Source: a virus. Taken from it: a stretch of DNA of 64,000 nucleotides. The DNA lies in IMG/VR virus record IMGVR_UViG_3300027749_000107, positions 4,484 through 68,483 of that record, one strand, 5' to 3'. The notes under the pieces are model-generated. The model did no database searches and had not been told where the DNA came from. It worked only from the letters and a program-made list of their open reading frames with translations. Within the stretch, counting starts at the first letter, position 1. Each line of letters starts with the position of its first letter. Positions 9,001-17,038 of this stretch are shown piece by piece. Made by a program: the position numbers and the translations under genes.

Positions 9001-11930
9001 GATCTTTTAAATTTAGCATAATCATTACGAGCTAATTCAATTGCACGAATCAAACTGTTGTCAGTTGATGTTATATGATACAACGACAAACTAACAGGTC
9101 CGCTATGTTGTACAAACTTTGTGCCATATGCTGATACTGTACCTAAATCACGTAAATTGCTACGACCTGGATACGTGCCAATAAACGGCAATCTTGTACG
9201 AATATTATCTACAATACTGTCAACATGATCAATAACCTCTCCTAATGTAAACTCTGTTAGTACATTATTCAATGGATTATTTTGTAAATTAATAGGTATA
9301 GCATAATACCCGTTTTTATTAATAGTATAATCAGAATATACTTCAATTACAAGAGTATCAGTTAACTTAAGATTAGTTTTAAATATTATTTGATTATACG
9401 GGAGTTCGTCTTTGTTTTCGTCATACAAGTTTAAGATCCAGTTATTATCCAGATCATTTATCGTATTAGGGGTTTGTTTTGGAACATAATTACCGTTAAC
9501 ATATACTCTGATATCAGTTAATATCGGTAACGAGTACGACGGTATGTTTATGTCAACTAACGATTTAGTATTAAACACTTTATTAAACATGCTAATGTTA
9601 AAATTATTAACGTTATTAGAATTTCTATATACCTGCACTGCTGCTTGCAGATTATCAATACTAGATGTTATCCATCCATTTTCGTAAGATATGTTGCCAT
9701 TAGGTTGCGATATAACTACAAATCCAGTATCGATTGTTTTTGAAATAGTGTTCCCTGATAGATCATAGTAAAATAAATCAGACAGTAACGGAAAGTTAAA
9801 AACAATATCCCCAATATTATTAATATTTTTATACGATATCGGAAAACCTAACTTAGCATCGTTAGTGCCACTACTGCTAATTTTATAAGAAAAAATTGGA
9901 GTACCGATAAATGTTGAACCAGTATATACAGATTTGTCACCAAAACTTATATAGTTGTTATCAACAACATCAAACAATGGTGGCTGATTTATAGCTAGTT
10001 TTTGCTGACACGATTTCCATGTAGTACCATTATACCAATACAGCAATCCCTGGGATGTAATTCCATTCTGTACTAATACTACTTGATTAAGTTCTGGTGT
10101 AGATTCTAGCACTAATCGTAGTTGTCTGCTATTTAACAAGCTGGTAATATTTTTAATTAACCCATATTCAGGAGGAGTATCTTCTAAAACAACTGTATAC
10201 TCTATAGATGTGTTATTAATAATCTTAGTTACTACTGCATTTCCAGTAGTGCTGCTACTTAATTTACCACCAGCTGGTGTTGCAGTAATTACTGATCCAA
10301 CTATTAACCCACTAGTAGAATTCATATTAGTAATAGTTGCTCGCCACCCTGTACTGTCTTTTTCAACTACTGAAATCGTGCCAACGCTACTAACAGTTGT
10401 TGAACTAGTAGTGTGCCTAACATTAATAAACTCAGCACGATAGATGTTATTTGCAACAAATACATCAGTATCGGCAGTAAAAATAACACGCTGTCCGTGT
10501 GTTATTGGTACACTATCAATTCTATAACCTAACGATCCCTCAACAGTTGAAAATACATCAGTAGTAACATGATCAATCAACGAAATATCATCAATTGCAG
10601 TTATTCCACAATTAAATAATTTTAAATTTTTCTTAAACTCAATAATCGGTCTAGCTGCTCGCATTGACTGATCATACGTAGGATAAATTTTATTAAATCC
10701 TGCACTTGTTTCAATAATATCTTTATGAAACCATCTGTTATTTCTACTCCAACAATTTTTATCCTGACTGCCACGGTTTATTGTTATGTAGTCAGGCGTT
10801 CCAGAAAAAGATATCGCATCACTAAATGGTGTTGAATCAAATAATGGAATATCAAATAACATCTCTTTTTGGGTAGTATATTGAGTAACAACTTCTAATT
10901 GTGCTTCGTTAATTAATTGTATCGAGTTACCTACTCCTTCTACGTAATATCTTCCAGATTTATAAGACTCTGGAATAACATTACCAACAAAACGAACTTT
11001 CATGCCGTTACTTAGGGTAGTTCCGTTATCTAAAATAGATTTGTTAAAAGTAAAATCACGTTTTCCTAATATTGTTGACTCAACATCAATTGTGCCGCTA
11101 GTTAACGGATCTGCAATACGGAACACTCCGCCTGCATTAGCATTGTTTTCATTTACATAATACAATGTAGTAAGACCGTCTACCGGCACAGTAAATGTAA
11201 TTACACCAGTTTCAATAGTATTATTTGTAAGACCAATGTTTGTGTATCGTTCTAACGGTCCTTCAACTCGCGATGTTTTAATACTGAATGGATTTCCTAC
11301 ACTGTTAATATTGAAACGGTAAGTACACCCTTTGTACAATGTAATAACTGGATTATTTGTCATCCCATCTGGTGTAAAGATATAAGAATTATCGTTAAGA
11401 TCTACAGTAAATGCACTACTAATAGACTCTACTTGTATTTCTGAACTAATTGTAATAATATCCGGACCATTTGGTAACCAATAATAATTTTGAAAATTAA
11501 CAAACTTGTCCCAATCAATATGCGGATTCCAACTATAAAATTCCTGTTTGTTTAATCGCGGGTGATTAGTAACGTCTGCACCAAACACTTTTAGTTGATT
11601 TATATAATCTTGATAATCTCTCAAAAAAGTAGTATTATCAAGATCGTCGGTAATTAAGAATCCAGGCTCTAATTGATAATCTTGACGTATTTTTGAAGGA
11701 GCTTTTACAAATACATCAGACGACGTTGCTTTTGAATTTACTCTACCTATATAACCACTAACCTTATTAACAACACCTGGTTGAGCAAGCTGAGTCATAG
11801 TTGCTTGCAAAAACTTTTTGTTAGAATCAGTTCTGTAAAAGGTAGGTAAAAACCCTGCAACATTTGCACTGTTGCTGTCGTCAACTGCAGTTGTTCTAGG
11901 TAATAAATTTTGTGTGTTGCTATCTGCCAT
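1..11930 (-). CDS. Giant baseplate wedge/virion structural protein (gp7-like position), >=3976 aa, truncated at the window edge
   Basis: ATG at 11930-11928 overlaps the gp6 stop (TAATG) and reads MADSNTQNLLPRTTAVDDSNSANVAGFLPTFYRTDSNKKFLQAT. The same frame is open where I spot-checked (about 10300 and 4650) and at the edge (PGIVEINGERIEFFIKNGNELSQLRRGTLGTG). It is probably absent from the ORF track because it has no in-window stop. It lies directly downstream of gp6. Confidence 0.85.
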   Translation of the reverse strand, partial: MADSNTQNLLPRTTAVDDSNSANVAGFLPTFYRTDSNKKFLQATMTQLAQPGVVNKVSGYIGRVNSKATSSDVFVKAPSKIRQDYQLEPGFLITDDLDNTTFLRDYQDYINQLKVFGADVTNHPRLNKQEFYSWNPHIDWDKFVNFQNYYWLPNGPDIITISSEIQVESISSAFTVDLNDNSYIFTPDGMTNNPVITLYKGCTYRFNINSVGNPFSIKTSRVEGPLERYTNIGLTNNTIETGVITFTVPVDGLTTLYYVNENNANAGGVFRIADPLTSGTIDVESTILGKRDFTFNKSILDNGTTLSNGMKVRFVGNVIPESYKSGRYYVEGVGNSIQLINEAQLEVVTQYTTQKEMLFDIPLFDSTPFSDAISFSGTPDYITINRGSQDKNCWSRNNRWFHKDIIETSAGFNKIYPTYDQSMRAARPIIEFKKNLKLFNCGITAIDDISLIDHVTTDVFSTVEGSLGYRIDSVPITHGQRVIFTADTDVFVANNIYRAEFINVRHTTSSTTVSSVGTISVVEKDSTGWRATITNMNSTSGLIVGSVITATPAGGKLSSSTTGNAVVTKIINNTSIEYTVVLEDTPPEYGLIKNITSLLNSRQLRLVLESTPELNQVVLVQNGITSQGLLYWYNGTTWKSCQQKLAINQPPLFDVVDNNYISFGDKSVYTGSTFIGTPIFSYKISSSGTNDAKLGFPISYKNINNIGDIVFNFPLLSDLFYYDLSGNTISKTIDTGFVVISQPNGNISYENGWITSSIDNLQAAVQVYRNSNNVNNFNISMFNKVFNTKSLVDINIPSYSLPILTDIRVYVNGNYVPKQTPNTINDLDNNWILNLYDENKDELPYNQIIFKTNLKLTDTLVIEVYSDYTINKNGYYAIPINLQNNPLNNVLTEFTLGEVIDHVDSIVDNIRTRLPFIGTYPGRSNLRDLGTVSAYGTKFVQHSGPVSLSLYHITSTDNSLIRAIELARNDYAKFKRSFMVIAERLGIDTDTRSHVDAILLEINKDTPSTAPYYFSDMIPYGAAITTNFTVYDSEINVYSLSKVFTLDHLSNKAVGVYVNDIQLLHSKDYTFSSQGFVEISAILTIGDTITIIEYDTTDGCLVPATPTKLGMWPKYEPKIYNDTSLVIPRMMIQGHDGSLLLAYGDYRDDLILEVEKRIYNNIKIEYNASIFNIHDFIPSYYQKQDYSLAEFNSVIMPDFYQWSSVIGIDFSTALTYDATNSFTFAYKNHYTPDGQISPRYWRGIYQWMLGTDRPHICPWEILGFSVEPTWWVSVYGPAPYTKDNLVLWHDLSNGFVKEPGKAAITLSKYARPNLLKHIPVDSNGNLVSPIYTNFTSGVISQSEQGDFSFGDVSPIEAAWKRHSHYPFSVIKAAILLAPAKTIGVLFDRSRIIRNVAGQLVYSDTGVRIKVSDMKLPSIYLSAARVQTAGLVNYLVDYLNCETLKFYNQYTTNLQLLTAQICHRVGAFTSKEKFNLLLDSKSPTESGSIFIPQEDYKLVLSTSSPITVMTYSGVIITKIQGGFEIKGYSKVQPYFKYYQPIGSGRSLTIGGISESYSEWSVQQNYVAGKIVSYNSRYYRTVSSHTSTLTFDQAQFALLPALPIVGGISAEFKQKWGTTVAILPYSSKLSSIQEVVDFLIGHGRWLTEQGFEFNEYNQALGAVSNWETSAKEFLFWSTHNWASMQEVWKDWIPSTPIVYGDIIRYNGSYYKALRPVDSEVFNFADFYLLNGLDNAGSAVLSLSPAATLLTFKSVLTVIDDVTNKNNIIEILDESGNEIKTPFLQLYRTDNSISYTPRNNIGVYCASFYLVQKEHIIVINNSTMFNDTIYNPTSGYKQDKLKVSGYVSTNWNGSLNVPGFIVDQAATTEWVPWQSYAVGDVVHYKTYYYSATISTQGEADFNNKTWIKLSKKPISRLMPNWNYKASQFTDFYSLESENFDKTQQTMAQHLTGYQKRQYLENIIQDDVSEFKFYQGMIIEKGTQNVLNKLFDVLSHDGQESLQFYEEWALRSGQYGASAAFENIEFVLDESLFKTNPQPIELVDSIGFNLSSLVIRQLPSDLYVKPIGYKSEFWPKAKYVASNAVYARTDEVKTSVKTIKDILALNVADYSLNDYILCSTVNETEWAVYQYVESGFIVRNIDISENGYVFNLAKAVTLVAGTIISITDTLVIDGFYIPINITSTTFEIVVDTNTVVLNHATVRILKNRKLPSIDHNNYLFNELPHVNSKTGKLSYSCKLWIDNTDGRWETWEFNPAYTLTEVYTNDIESDFGRKIVSNSAGTLVAVLSKNYISVYNRDKNNHYWRLNQKIRAIADTIAMSKSGEWLSFVNTADTTPVVYLYELVGQYFQTASLSVIQPTGAVKFGTTLTFANDTFFIGTANGRLYRYRYTSSTPILRSYNPQGSVNTTLVVSNTAGISAGMLVSGTGFSQVTTIVQEVINSTTLLLATAPTETPSGTLLFTTYSWLPVSGYLTHGGTFGTSVVSSSNGVVAVLDRSDNGKVYVYTSANNYSNEKCVILPAANVTFGQSLAISNNANYIAVSSANNLYLYTLQNDGSYLPNTLQLYISNPSASEGNYDKSNIQFSDDHKTIVVSSSVKETTFTKVNSITHLVVGITTFDDGKTTFSSYTSDVDVFNMYNDKWNFSERLSPPTSTLNNTGYGDQIAVTPTSIIISARNVKNTARLYEYVKDRTKFSWAVKHAAIDKPDITKIKQAFLYNRRTNKLIKYLDIVDPIQHKYPNIIEREVKFKTTYDPAVYSVGTSAVNVDEGIAWDSEQVGVLWWDKRTTKFVDSFTDNVMYRNSVLSMLVPGASVDIYEWVESDILPSVWDEEADTEAGLATGISGKSLYGDTVYTKITRYDTLSQIEIPTYYFWVKNKTTVSPLLGRSISAYDVSTLISNPKGVGYEFIAVTGRNSLSLVNIKPHLIHTDVVLSIEYWLTDKTDQNIHTQWKLISTAPQTVLPAHIERKWIDSLCGKDEYDRLVPDQALPIKLKYGIENRPRQGMFVNRFEALKQLIEEVNRYLSSNLIVDTIDLTSLEQSDSPPALVRCLYDTVIYTDAELPYVVTQYVKSPELTSIVVNGRITGITIVSPGYGYKLAPFINVYGVGINAKLKAIINLKGEIVGVDIINAGNGYLTDTILTVRDFSALVTSDSQANNSWTIYSYSSITGLWSKSVSQAYNVTNYWETVDWYATGYSKFSFSNYAVDTYADLYSVNATVGQLVTVRTTTAGRWVLLERYNAEIKELIPDNESFEYDWTASYKIVGSQDGTIQFTSTLYNFINTAIGYDGVLYDSIVYDNCAATELRIILNSIKDILSNDAYLKLFFTSVRYAMSEQTYIDWIFKTSFVNVVHNVGNLHQSVTYQNDNLSNYEDYVSEVKPYRTQIREYVSLYSNIETSASEVSDFDLPATYDLNLKRVVPVVVTTTASGGLQSTNDAIQQYPWKSWADNVGFSVVNISVIDGGSGYTLSPKVVISSESGYGATAVAYIANGKVNRINIVLPGKSYLTIPTVHIIGGLSHAGSVANAIAVIGKSVIRTNTINLKFDRNTYSVTQTDLRETETIPVLLVTGKRTQFPLKWEPSTIVGNTSVVVNGAIEIRDHYKVSTVSIKVNGYTKLSGMIEFNRTIAKGSIIEVTYVRANSALNAVDRIEHYYNPAPGELGKDLAQLLVGIDYGGVEISGLNFGVKHGWDRSNFDTIKWDNVNVKFNDLVFKYIGGAASITIPFPEDGFSVPSEGTVLTVYYEPTFGSSDPIRIDGGDIMESPIATGSVTNVIIPVTFFNQHFINLGLPVPESCTFIIREVTSDGATSNDNDYDVSLAGGTFNSSELSGIKLPIDATGIAIDDIIIDGDNFENKFSGLEEVVPGKVSDSLSIKVYTNASDTTTAYTYMQFKDMLNRTHYKRMPEVKQTTLVKALLNTDTSIFVNDASMFTVPDPTANKPGIVEINGERIEFFIKNGNELSQLRRGTLGTGISDYVMPHSVVQ

Positions 11931-14900
11931 TAGATACTCCTATATGATGAGCTAGAAACTTGTTGTTGATTAAATGTAGTATTGTTTAAAGTTAAATTTG
12001 ACGATTTAATATTATTTGAAGTCATTCCTGTTATAATTTCAATTTCGTTAACTGTAGCACAACTAATTAAAATTTGGTTACTTAACGATTTAATTTCAAA
12101 TAATCCGCCAAAATTAAGATCAGCATGCTTTGGAACAATTACAAAATTTGAAATAAACGGTGTTGATTGATTTAATACGTAAGTCGATAACTCTGAAAAG
12201 AAAAATGTATCTCCAAAATCCCAATTTTCTAAAGCAAAAAATGTGTTAATTGAAGTAATCACCTTTGACTTAATGTCATTATTTGAAATAACTTGTCCAG
12301 GAGATTTTGTAACTTTAAATATAGCCTGGACTTCATCAGCTGCTGCCTCTCCAAATAATAATTTGTAACTAACCGGGTGGTATACTACTTCATCTGATAT
12401 CGATTTAATTAAATTTAAAGACGGTGATACGGTAGTATATAATTCATCTGAACTTGGAGGTAACGGTCTTGTTGTTATTGCACCATTTACCCACTGTCTA
12501 AATTCTATATCATAACCTTTTGTTAAAATATACACATCTATAATGTTACTCACACTTGGATCTATTCTTGAATTAGCACCTGCATTATGAGTATATTGAA
12601 ATTTTATGTTGTCTCGACCGTTATATACTTTATAATCTAACGTAGGTATACCAGTGTTAGATGTTGTGCCTTTCATTACAACCATGTCAGATGTGACATA
12701 GTAATATTTGCCAACTTGAAACGACGACGGCATGAACTGAACAATTTCAACTTTATTGTCAGCATTACTTACATACCGATAATCTTCTTGGCCATCGGCT
12801 ATTAAATAGCGTTCTTGAACAATGTATTGCGTATCTGCTACAAAATTGTCAAATAATGTTGGATTATCTACTACACCGTTATCGTCAGTATCTGCAAACG
12901 TAATAACGATTTTCTTATTATCAATATAACCATCTAAACCGTGAAATTCATTAATAATATCCCATTTAGAATCGTTAATCATTGGCGATGCATAATTAGG
13001 TAGTGTGTTAATACCTAAAATATTAATTTTGTCTCTTACTAACGAACTAGACACACTATTAAATATTTTTTCACTACTGTCAAAATAAAACCGTAGTTGC
13101 TGATTACTTTCAAAAATGTATCGTAATTCTCTAGTTGTAATTGTATAAAATTCATTATCACTAACAAATGACATCATCCAACTAGCATCTTCATGCTTAT
13201 TAGATACATCACCTTGCGAATTTAAATTAAACTGAGATGATGTGTTTAAATTTGCCTCAAAAACAACTTGCCATGTTTGTGTTATGGCATTATACGACAA
13301 TCCAAACGATTTATTTTCAAAAATTAAATCAGTCATTGTTGTTACAACAGTTGACTCAAGCGAAGTTCTCCATCTAGGTATAACTTGAACAATTAATGCT
13401 GCCGGAATACTAACATTTATTTGTATTTCAGTTGCAGCAACTCCTACAATAGAAGCCCATATGTATTCATGAAAATAGTCATATGTTTTAAATAATAACA
13501 ATGTACCAACTGTCATAAATGATAATTCTGTGTTAGTAACGTTAATTGTATTTTTAGTTGTAGATACAGGTGTAAGCCACTGAATTGACCACGATAATGT
13601 TGTAGCATCTGCATAATTAGCATAATAGAAATTTTGCAATCCGTCTGTTTTAAGAAGAGGTTTTACTGTATTAATAATAATGCCTTGAATATCAGATTTA
13701 GTTAAGTACGAAACCTTTTTAGTTGATTCGATTAACTCTTTGTATATAACGCCGTCATCAGCAAATAAATTTGTAGAACTAAACTTGCCAGTTGGGTCAA
13801 CTAAATCAAAATATCGACTAATACCGCTAGATGCTCTGTTAACAGCTTTAACTTTTAATACTTGTTGACTTGCACTCAATGGGCAAATATTATAATCTTC
13901 ACCAGTTATCATTCTGTTTTGTGTATAAAACGTTGCAGGTGCATTAGACTTAATACTTAGATTAGTTTCCGATGCTTCTGCTGTGTTAACAGAAGTAGAT
14001 AACGATAATGTAAGTGTTAATGTTTCCGGATTGCCTGTATTAGAAGTATACGGGATTGCTAACGTAACATTTCTAATATCACGAGGATGTACTGTATACG
14101 AAATACCATTTGATGTTCTATAATATACACGAAAATCGCCTAATGGCTTATTTCCAAATGTACCGTCACTAAATGTTAAACTAACTGCATCATTAGCGCG
14201 AGTTGTAACACCAAATATGTTTTTAATGTCTTTGTTAACGCTATTGTAAATTATGTTGTTACCTTCTAAACTAGATACCTTAGTCCATAATTCTGATTCA
14301 GTACCAGTTTGATTTAATTTATACAACCAGATGTCTGAATCGTTAATCCCGGTTGTACCAACATCAACAATCTCATTGCTTCTAGGTTGAGTGATAGAAA
14401 ATTTACTCCACGCAAGTGTGCCTTGGGTAAAATTAAAAAAGAATCCCGAACCTGAACTTCCGTATCCTCGACCGTCATTTCTAAAAATATAAGATAATTT
14501 ATTTCCAATTTTTGGAACTTCTTCGTATATGTAATCTTGACCAGAGAATGCTGTACTAGTTACTTCAAAGGTCATTGATCGCCCGGCAACTGTTTTACTA
14601 AACGAATACACTGGTAATCCAGCTGATGATGTTTGTAATACATATTGCTCAGTTGGAATACTATAAATTGACGCTTTATCTTTTGGATTACCAAATTGTT
14701 GCGAGGTATTCATTGCAGAATTCATAATCCTAATAAACTGATCATACCAACTAGCATTTGACGAATCATTCCAGGTAACTGGTTGGCCTGACAAATTTCT
14801 GTTGTTACTGTCAAGTATGTTTTGTGTTGTTTGGACTGATGTAACTTTTAACAATCCTTTTGCAGGTATGTTACGTTTTGCATTATAACTTACTAATCTC

Positions 14901-15202
14901 GATAATCTTAATACACTCTCACGACGTTCTGCTAATTCTAAAAAGTTTTCACGCGCATTTAAATCAACACGAAACGCTACACTTTGTCCTAAGAATGCAA
15001 TCACATCAAGCAATGCTAAGTATTCCGAACTCTCAATATAATCATTGAAATCTTCTGGATAATTTTGGCGAATATAATCAACCATTGTACGCCGTAAATT
15101 TTCAAAATCATAACTTTGAAAGTCTGCGTTTCTAAAAGATTGGTATATTTTTTTCCAATCTTCAGCTACTAATAATCTGTTTTGTCTGTCAGTTGCACTC
15201 AT
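11930..15202 (-). CDS. gp6: Baseplate wedge subunit (T4 gp6-like)
   Basis: N-terminal DFQSYDFENLR...YPEDFNDYIESSE...LLDVIAFLG...RVDLNARENFLELAERRESVLRL, later QNRMITGEDY. Follows gp25. Confidence 0.85.
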   Translation of the reverse strand: MSATDRQNRLLVAEDWKKIYQSFRNADFQSYDFENLRRTMVDYIRQNYPEDFNDYIESSEYLALLDVIAFLGQSVAFRVDLNARENFLELAERRESVLRLSRLVSYNAKRNIPAKGLLKVTSVQTTQNILDSNNRNLSGQPVTWNDSSNASWYDQFIRIMNSAMNTSQQFGNPKDKASIYSIPTEQYVLQTSSAGLPVYSFSKTVAGRSMTFEVTSTAFSGQDYIYEEVPKIGNKLSYIFRNDGRGYGSSGSGFFFNFTQGTLAWSKFSITQPRSNEIVDVGTTGINDSDIWLYKLNQTGTESELWTKVSSLEGNNIIYNSVNKDIKNIFGVTTRANDAVSLTFSDGTFGNKPLGDFRVYYRTSNGISYTVHPRDIRNVTLAIPYTSNTGNPETLTLTLSLSTSVNTAEASETNLSIKSNAPATFYTQNRMITGEDYNICPLSASQQVLKVKAVNRASSGISRYFDLVDPTGKFSSTNLFADDGVIYKELIESTKKVSYLTKSDIQGIIINTVKPLLKTDGLQNFYYANYADATTLSWSIQWLTPVSTTKNTINVTNTELSFMTVGTLLLFKTYDYFHEYIWASIVGVAATEIQINVSIPAALIVQVIPRWRTSLESTVVTTMTDLIFENKSFGLSYNAITQTWQVVFEANLNTSSQFNLNSQGDVSNKHEDASWMMSFVSDNEFYTITTRELRYIFESNQQLRFYFDSSEKIFNSVSSSLVRDKINILGINTLPNYASPMINDSKWDIINEFHGLDGYIDNKKIVITFADTDDNGVVDNPTLFDNFVADTQYIVQERYLIADGQEDYRYVSNADNKVEIVQFMPSSFQVGKYYYVTSDMVVMKGTTSNTGIPTLDYKVYNGRDNIKFQYTHNAGANSRIDPSVSNIIDVYILTKGYDIEFRQWVNGAITTRPLPPSSDELYTTVSPSLNLIKSISDEVVYHPVSYKLLFGEAAADEVQAIFKVTKSPGQVISNNDIKSKVITSINTFFALENWDFGDTFFFSELSTYVLNQSTPFISNFVIVPKHADLNFGGLFEIKSLSNQILISCATVNEIEIITGMTSNNIKSSNLTLNNTTFNQQQVSSSSYRSI

Positions 15203-15221
15203 GATGTTGTCCTAATAAAGG

Positions 15222-15228
15222 TATTTAT
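15222..15228 (-). promoter_or_regulatory. Late promoter ATAAATA
   Basis: Matches the T4 gp55 core; about 20 nt upstream of the gp6 start, with an AGGA RBS in between. Confidence 0.65.
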
Positions 15229-15252
15229 TGAAAAAATTAACCACACAGTTTA

Positions 15253-15687
15253 TTAAGTTACTAGCCCGTTAGCTTGATCAAACCGTAGTTGAATTTGTTC
15301 TGTAATCTTGTACGGAGTGTATGTTAACGCAAATATAATTTCAATTCCGCTGTCATATGCACTTATACTCACATCAGCAACTGCAACACGCGGGTCATAG
15401 TTAACAATGCTGTTTACATCTTGGATAATTAATGCCTTAATTGGTTCAGTCATCGGTTCAAATAATAGATCCCAAATGATTGTTCCAAATCTTGGCTGCA
15501 TTAATCGTTCTCCTTGCCTAATATGGAAGTGATTTATAATGTCTTGCTTAATTAAATCAAAATCATACAAGCTAAAATGTTCAGTGTTACTGCTTACTGT
15601 ACTAAATCCTTTATAAGTTTTAGGTGAAATTAACTCAGGTTTCTTTGCAACTGCAGGTAACTTAATCCGTGTATATAGATCTGTCAT
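15253..15687 (-). CDS. gp25: Baseplate wedge / sheath initiator (gp25-like)
   Basis: LIKQDIINHFHIRQGERLMQPRFGTIIWDLLFEP...YDPRV fits the GPW/gp25 family. Confidence 0.9.
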   Translation of the reverse strand: MTDLYTRIKLPAVAKKPELISPKTYKGFSTVSSNTEHFSLYDFDLIKQDIINHFHIRQGERLMQPRFGTIIWDLLFEPMTEPIKALIIQDVNSIVNYDPRVAVADVSISAYDSGIEIIFALTYTPYKITEQIQLRFDQANGLVT

Positions 15688-17027
15688 TTTTTATCCGGTC
15701 CTTTAACTTTATCAAATGTATCTGTTACTGTTGTATATTTCTTAAACATAGGAGGCTCTTTTGCTGCCTCTGCTTTATTAACTGCTTTTGTTTTGTCTGG
15801 TTTACTTGAAACAGGATCTAAGTTTTCGTGTCCTGCCCATGGTTCTTTAGTTGGAATTCTAACAGGTATTTTTGCTGCTCCAGCTTTTCCTGAGTTTAAA
15901 TGGACTTGTCCGCCGTCTATACTAGTGTTTGCTGCTTTGACTTCAAAGTTTGCTGCAGGTGTTATTCGTGTTGCACCTTTTGATACCATGTTAATTTCGT
16001 TACCTGCTTGAAAATTAATATCTCGATCAGCTACAAAATTAAAATCGTTCTTAGTATGAATACTAATACTGTCTTCGGCATAAATGTCAATCTTTCCGTT
16101 GCTTGTTAATTCTATCCAAGTTTTTCCGTTACCATGAGAAATATAAACTAAATCCTCGCTGTTGTGTAACAAAATTTGATGCCCTGTTCTAGTTCTAATA
16201 CGTGTTAACTCATTATGAGGTATGTTAACATCTCCGCCCTTTTGACCTTGTTCAGGAGATACGTATTCTGGTCCTGCTTCTGCTGCTGGTTTCTTACGAA
16301 GAAATTTATCATCGCCGTCGTCCATTACGAACGTAGAACCACCTCGTCTGCTTACATACCCTTTATGTGCGTGTTCTTTTTTACCAATATCACCCTTAGG
16401 ACCGTTCTTGTCTAACGGCCCCGGTGTTGAAATTCCAAATACCGAGCTTGGTGCTTCACGACGTGCGCTACTTGAAGTAATACCTCGAGTGTCGTCCATA
16501 TCTAAGCCACTAGCCTGTAATACTGCAGCAAACGGATGTAATGGTTTTTTAATTTTTGACGGATCACTAGTAGTCTGATTAGCTGCTTTGTTATATTCAG
16601 CAACTGGCAATCTTTTGCCGCCTTCTGAATTCTTAGTAGCTGCTAATCCCGGAACCATAAAATTCATAGCTTCGTCGGGAACACAACCAATCCAGTATCC
16701 ACGTTTTGGATCACCATCAATAAAAATAATAATAACAGTAGTTCCGGCATCGGGTGGAACCATCCACATACCATAACTTTTTTGAGTGTTACTAAAGTTA
16801 TTAGGATCTGCTTTTGTATGTTCAACACCAGTTACTCCGTAAAACGGACTCATGTATTTCACTTGATGTAACTGACCTTCGGATGATGTGTTACCTACTG
16901 GTCTTAGAATCTCAACTTCTAACCCGCCCATGTAACCCGGATCTAAGTGTCCTACTACTTTAGCTAAGAACGGACCGGGGGTAGGTGTTGGGTTAGATTT
17001 TTGTGACTGATCTATATTTTTGTTCAT
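15684..17027 (-). CDS. Baseplate central spike (gp5/VgrG-like OB-fold plus beta-helix; no lysozyme domain evident)
   Basis: AKVVGHLDP..MGGLEV, SYGMWMVPPDAGTTVIIIFIDGDPKRGYWIGC (OB-fold); RTRTGHQILLHNSE and beta-repeat C-terminus; upstream of gp25. Confidence 0.8.
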   Translation of the reverse strand: MNKNIDQSQKSNPTPTPGPFLAKVVGHLDPGYMGGLEVEILRPVGNTSSEGQLHQVKYMSPFYGVTGVEHTKADPNNFSNTQKSYGMWMVPPDAGTTVIIIFIDGDPKRGYWIGCVPDEAMNFMVPGLAATKNSEGGKRLPVAEYNKAANQTTSDPSKIKKPLHPFAAVLQASGLDMDDTRGITSSSARREAPSSVFGISTPGPLDKNGPKGDIGKKEHAHKGYVSRRGGSTFVMDDGDDKFLRKKPAAEAGPEYVSPEQGQKGGDVNIPHNELTRIRTRTGHQILLHNSEDLVYISHGNGKTWIELTSNGKIDIYAEDSISIHTKNDFNFVADRDINFQAGNEINMVSKGATRITPAANFEVKAANTSIDGGQVHLNSGKAGAAKIPVRIPTKEPWAGHENLDPVSSKPDKTKAVNKAEAAKEPPMFKKYTTVTDTFDKVKGPDKK

Positions 17028-17038
17028 GTTATTCCGTG

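Noticed and set aside
271-10443. Short ORFs listed in the first 10.5 kb (mostly plus strand)
   Set aside because: They are shadows of the giant minus-strand ORF and show no recognisable motifs.
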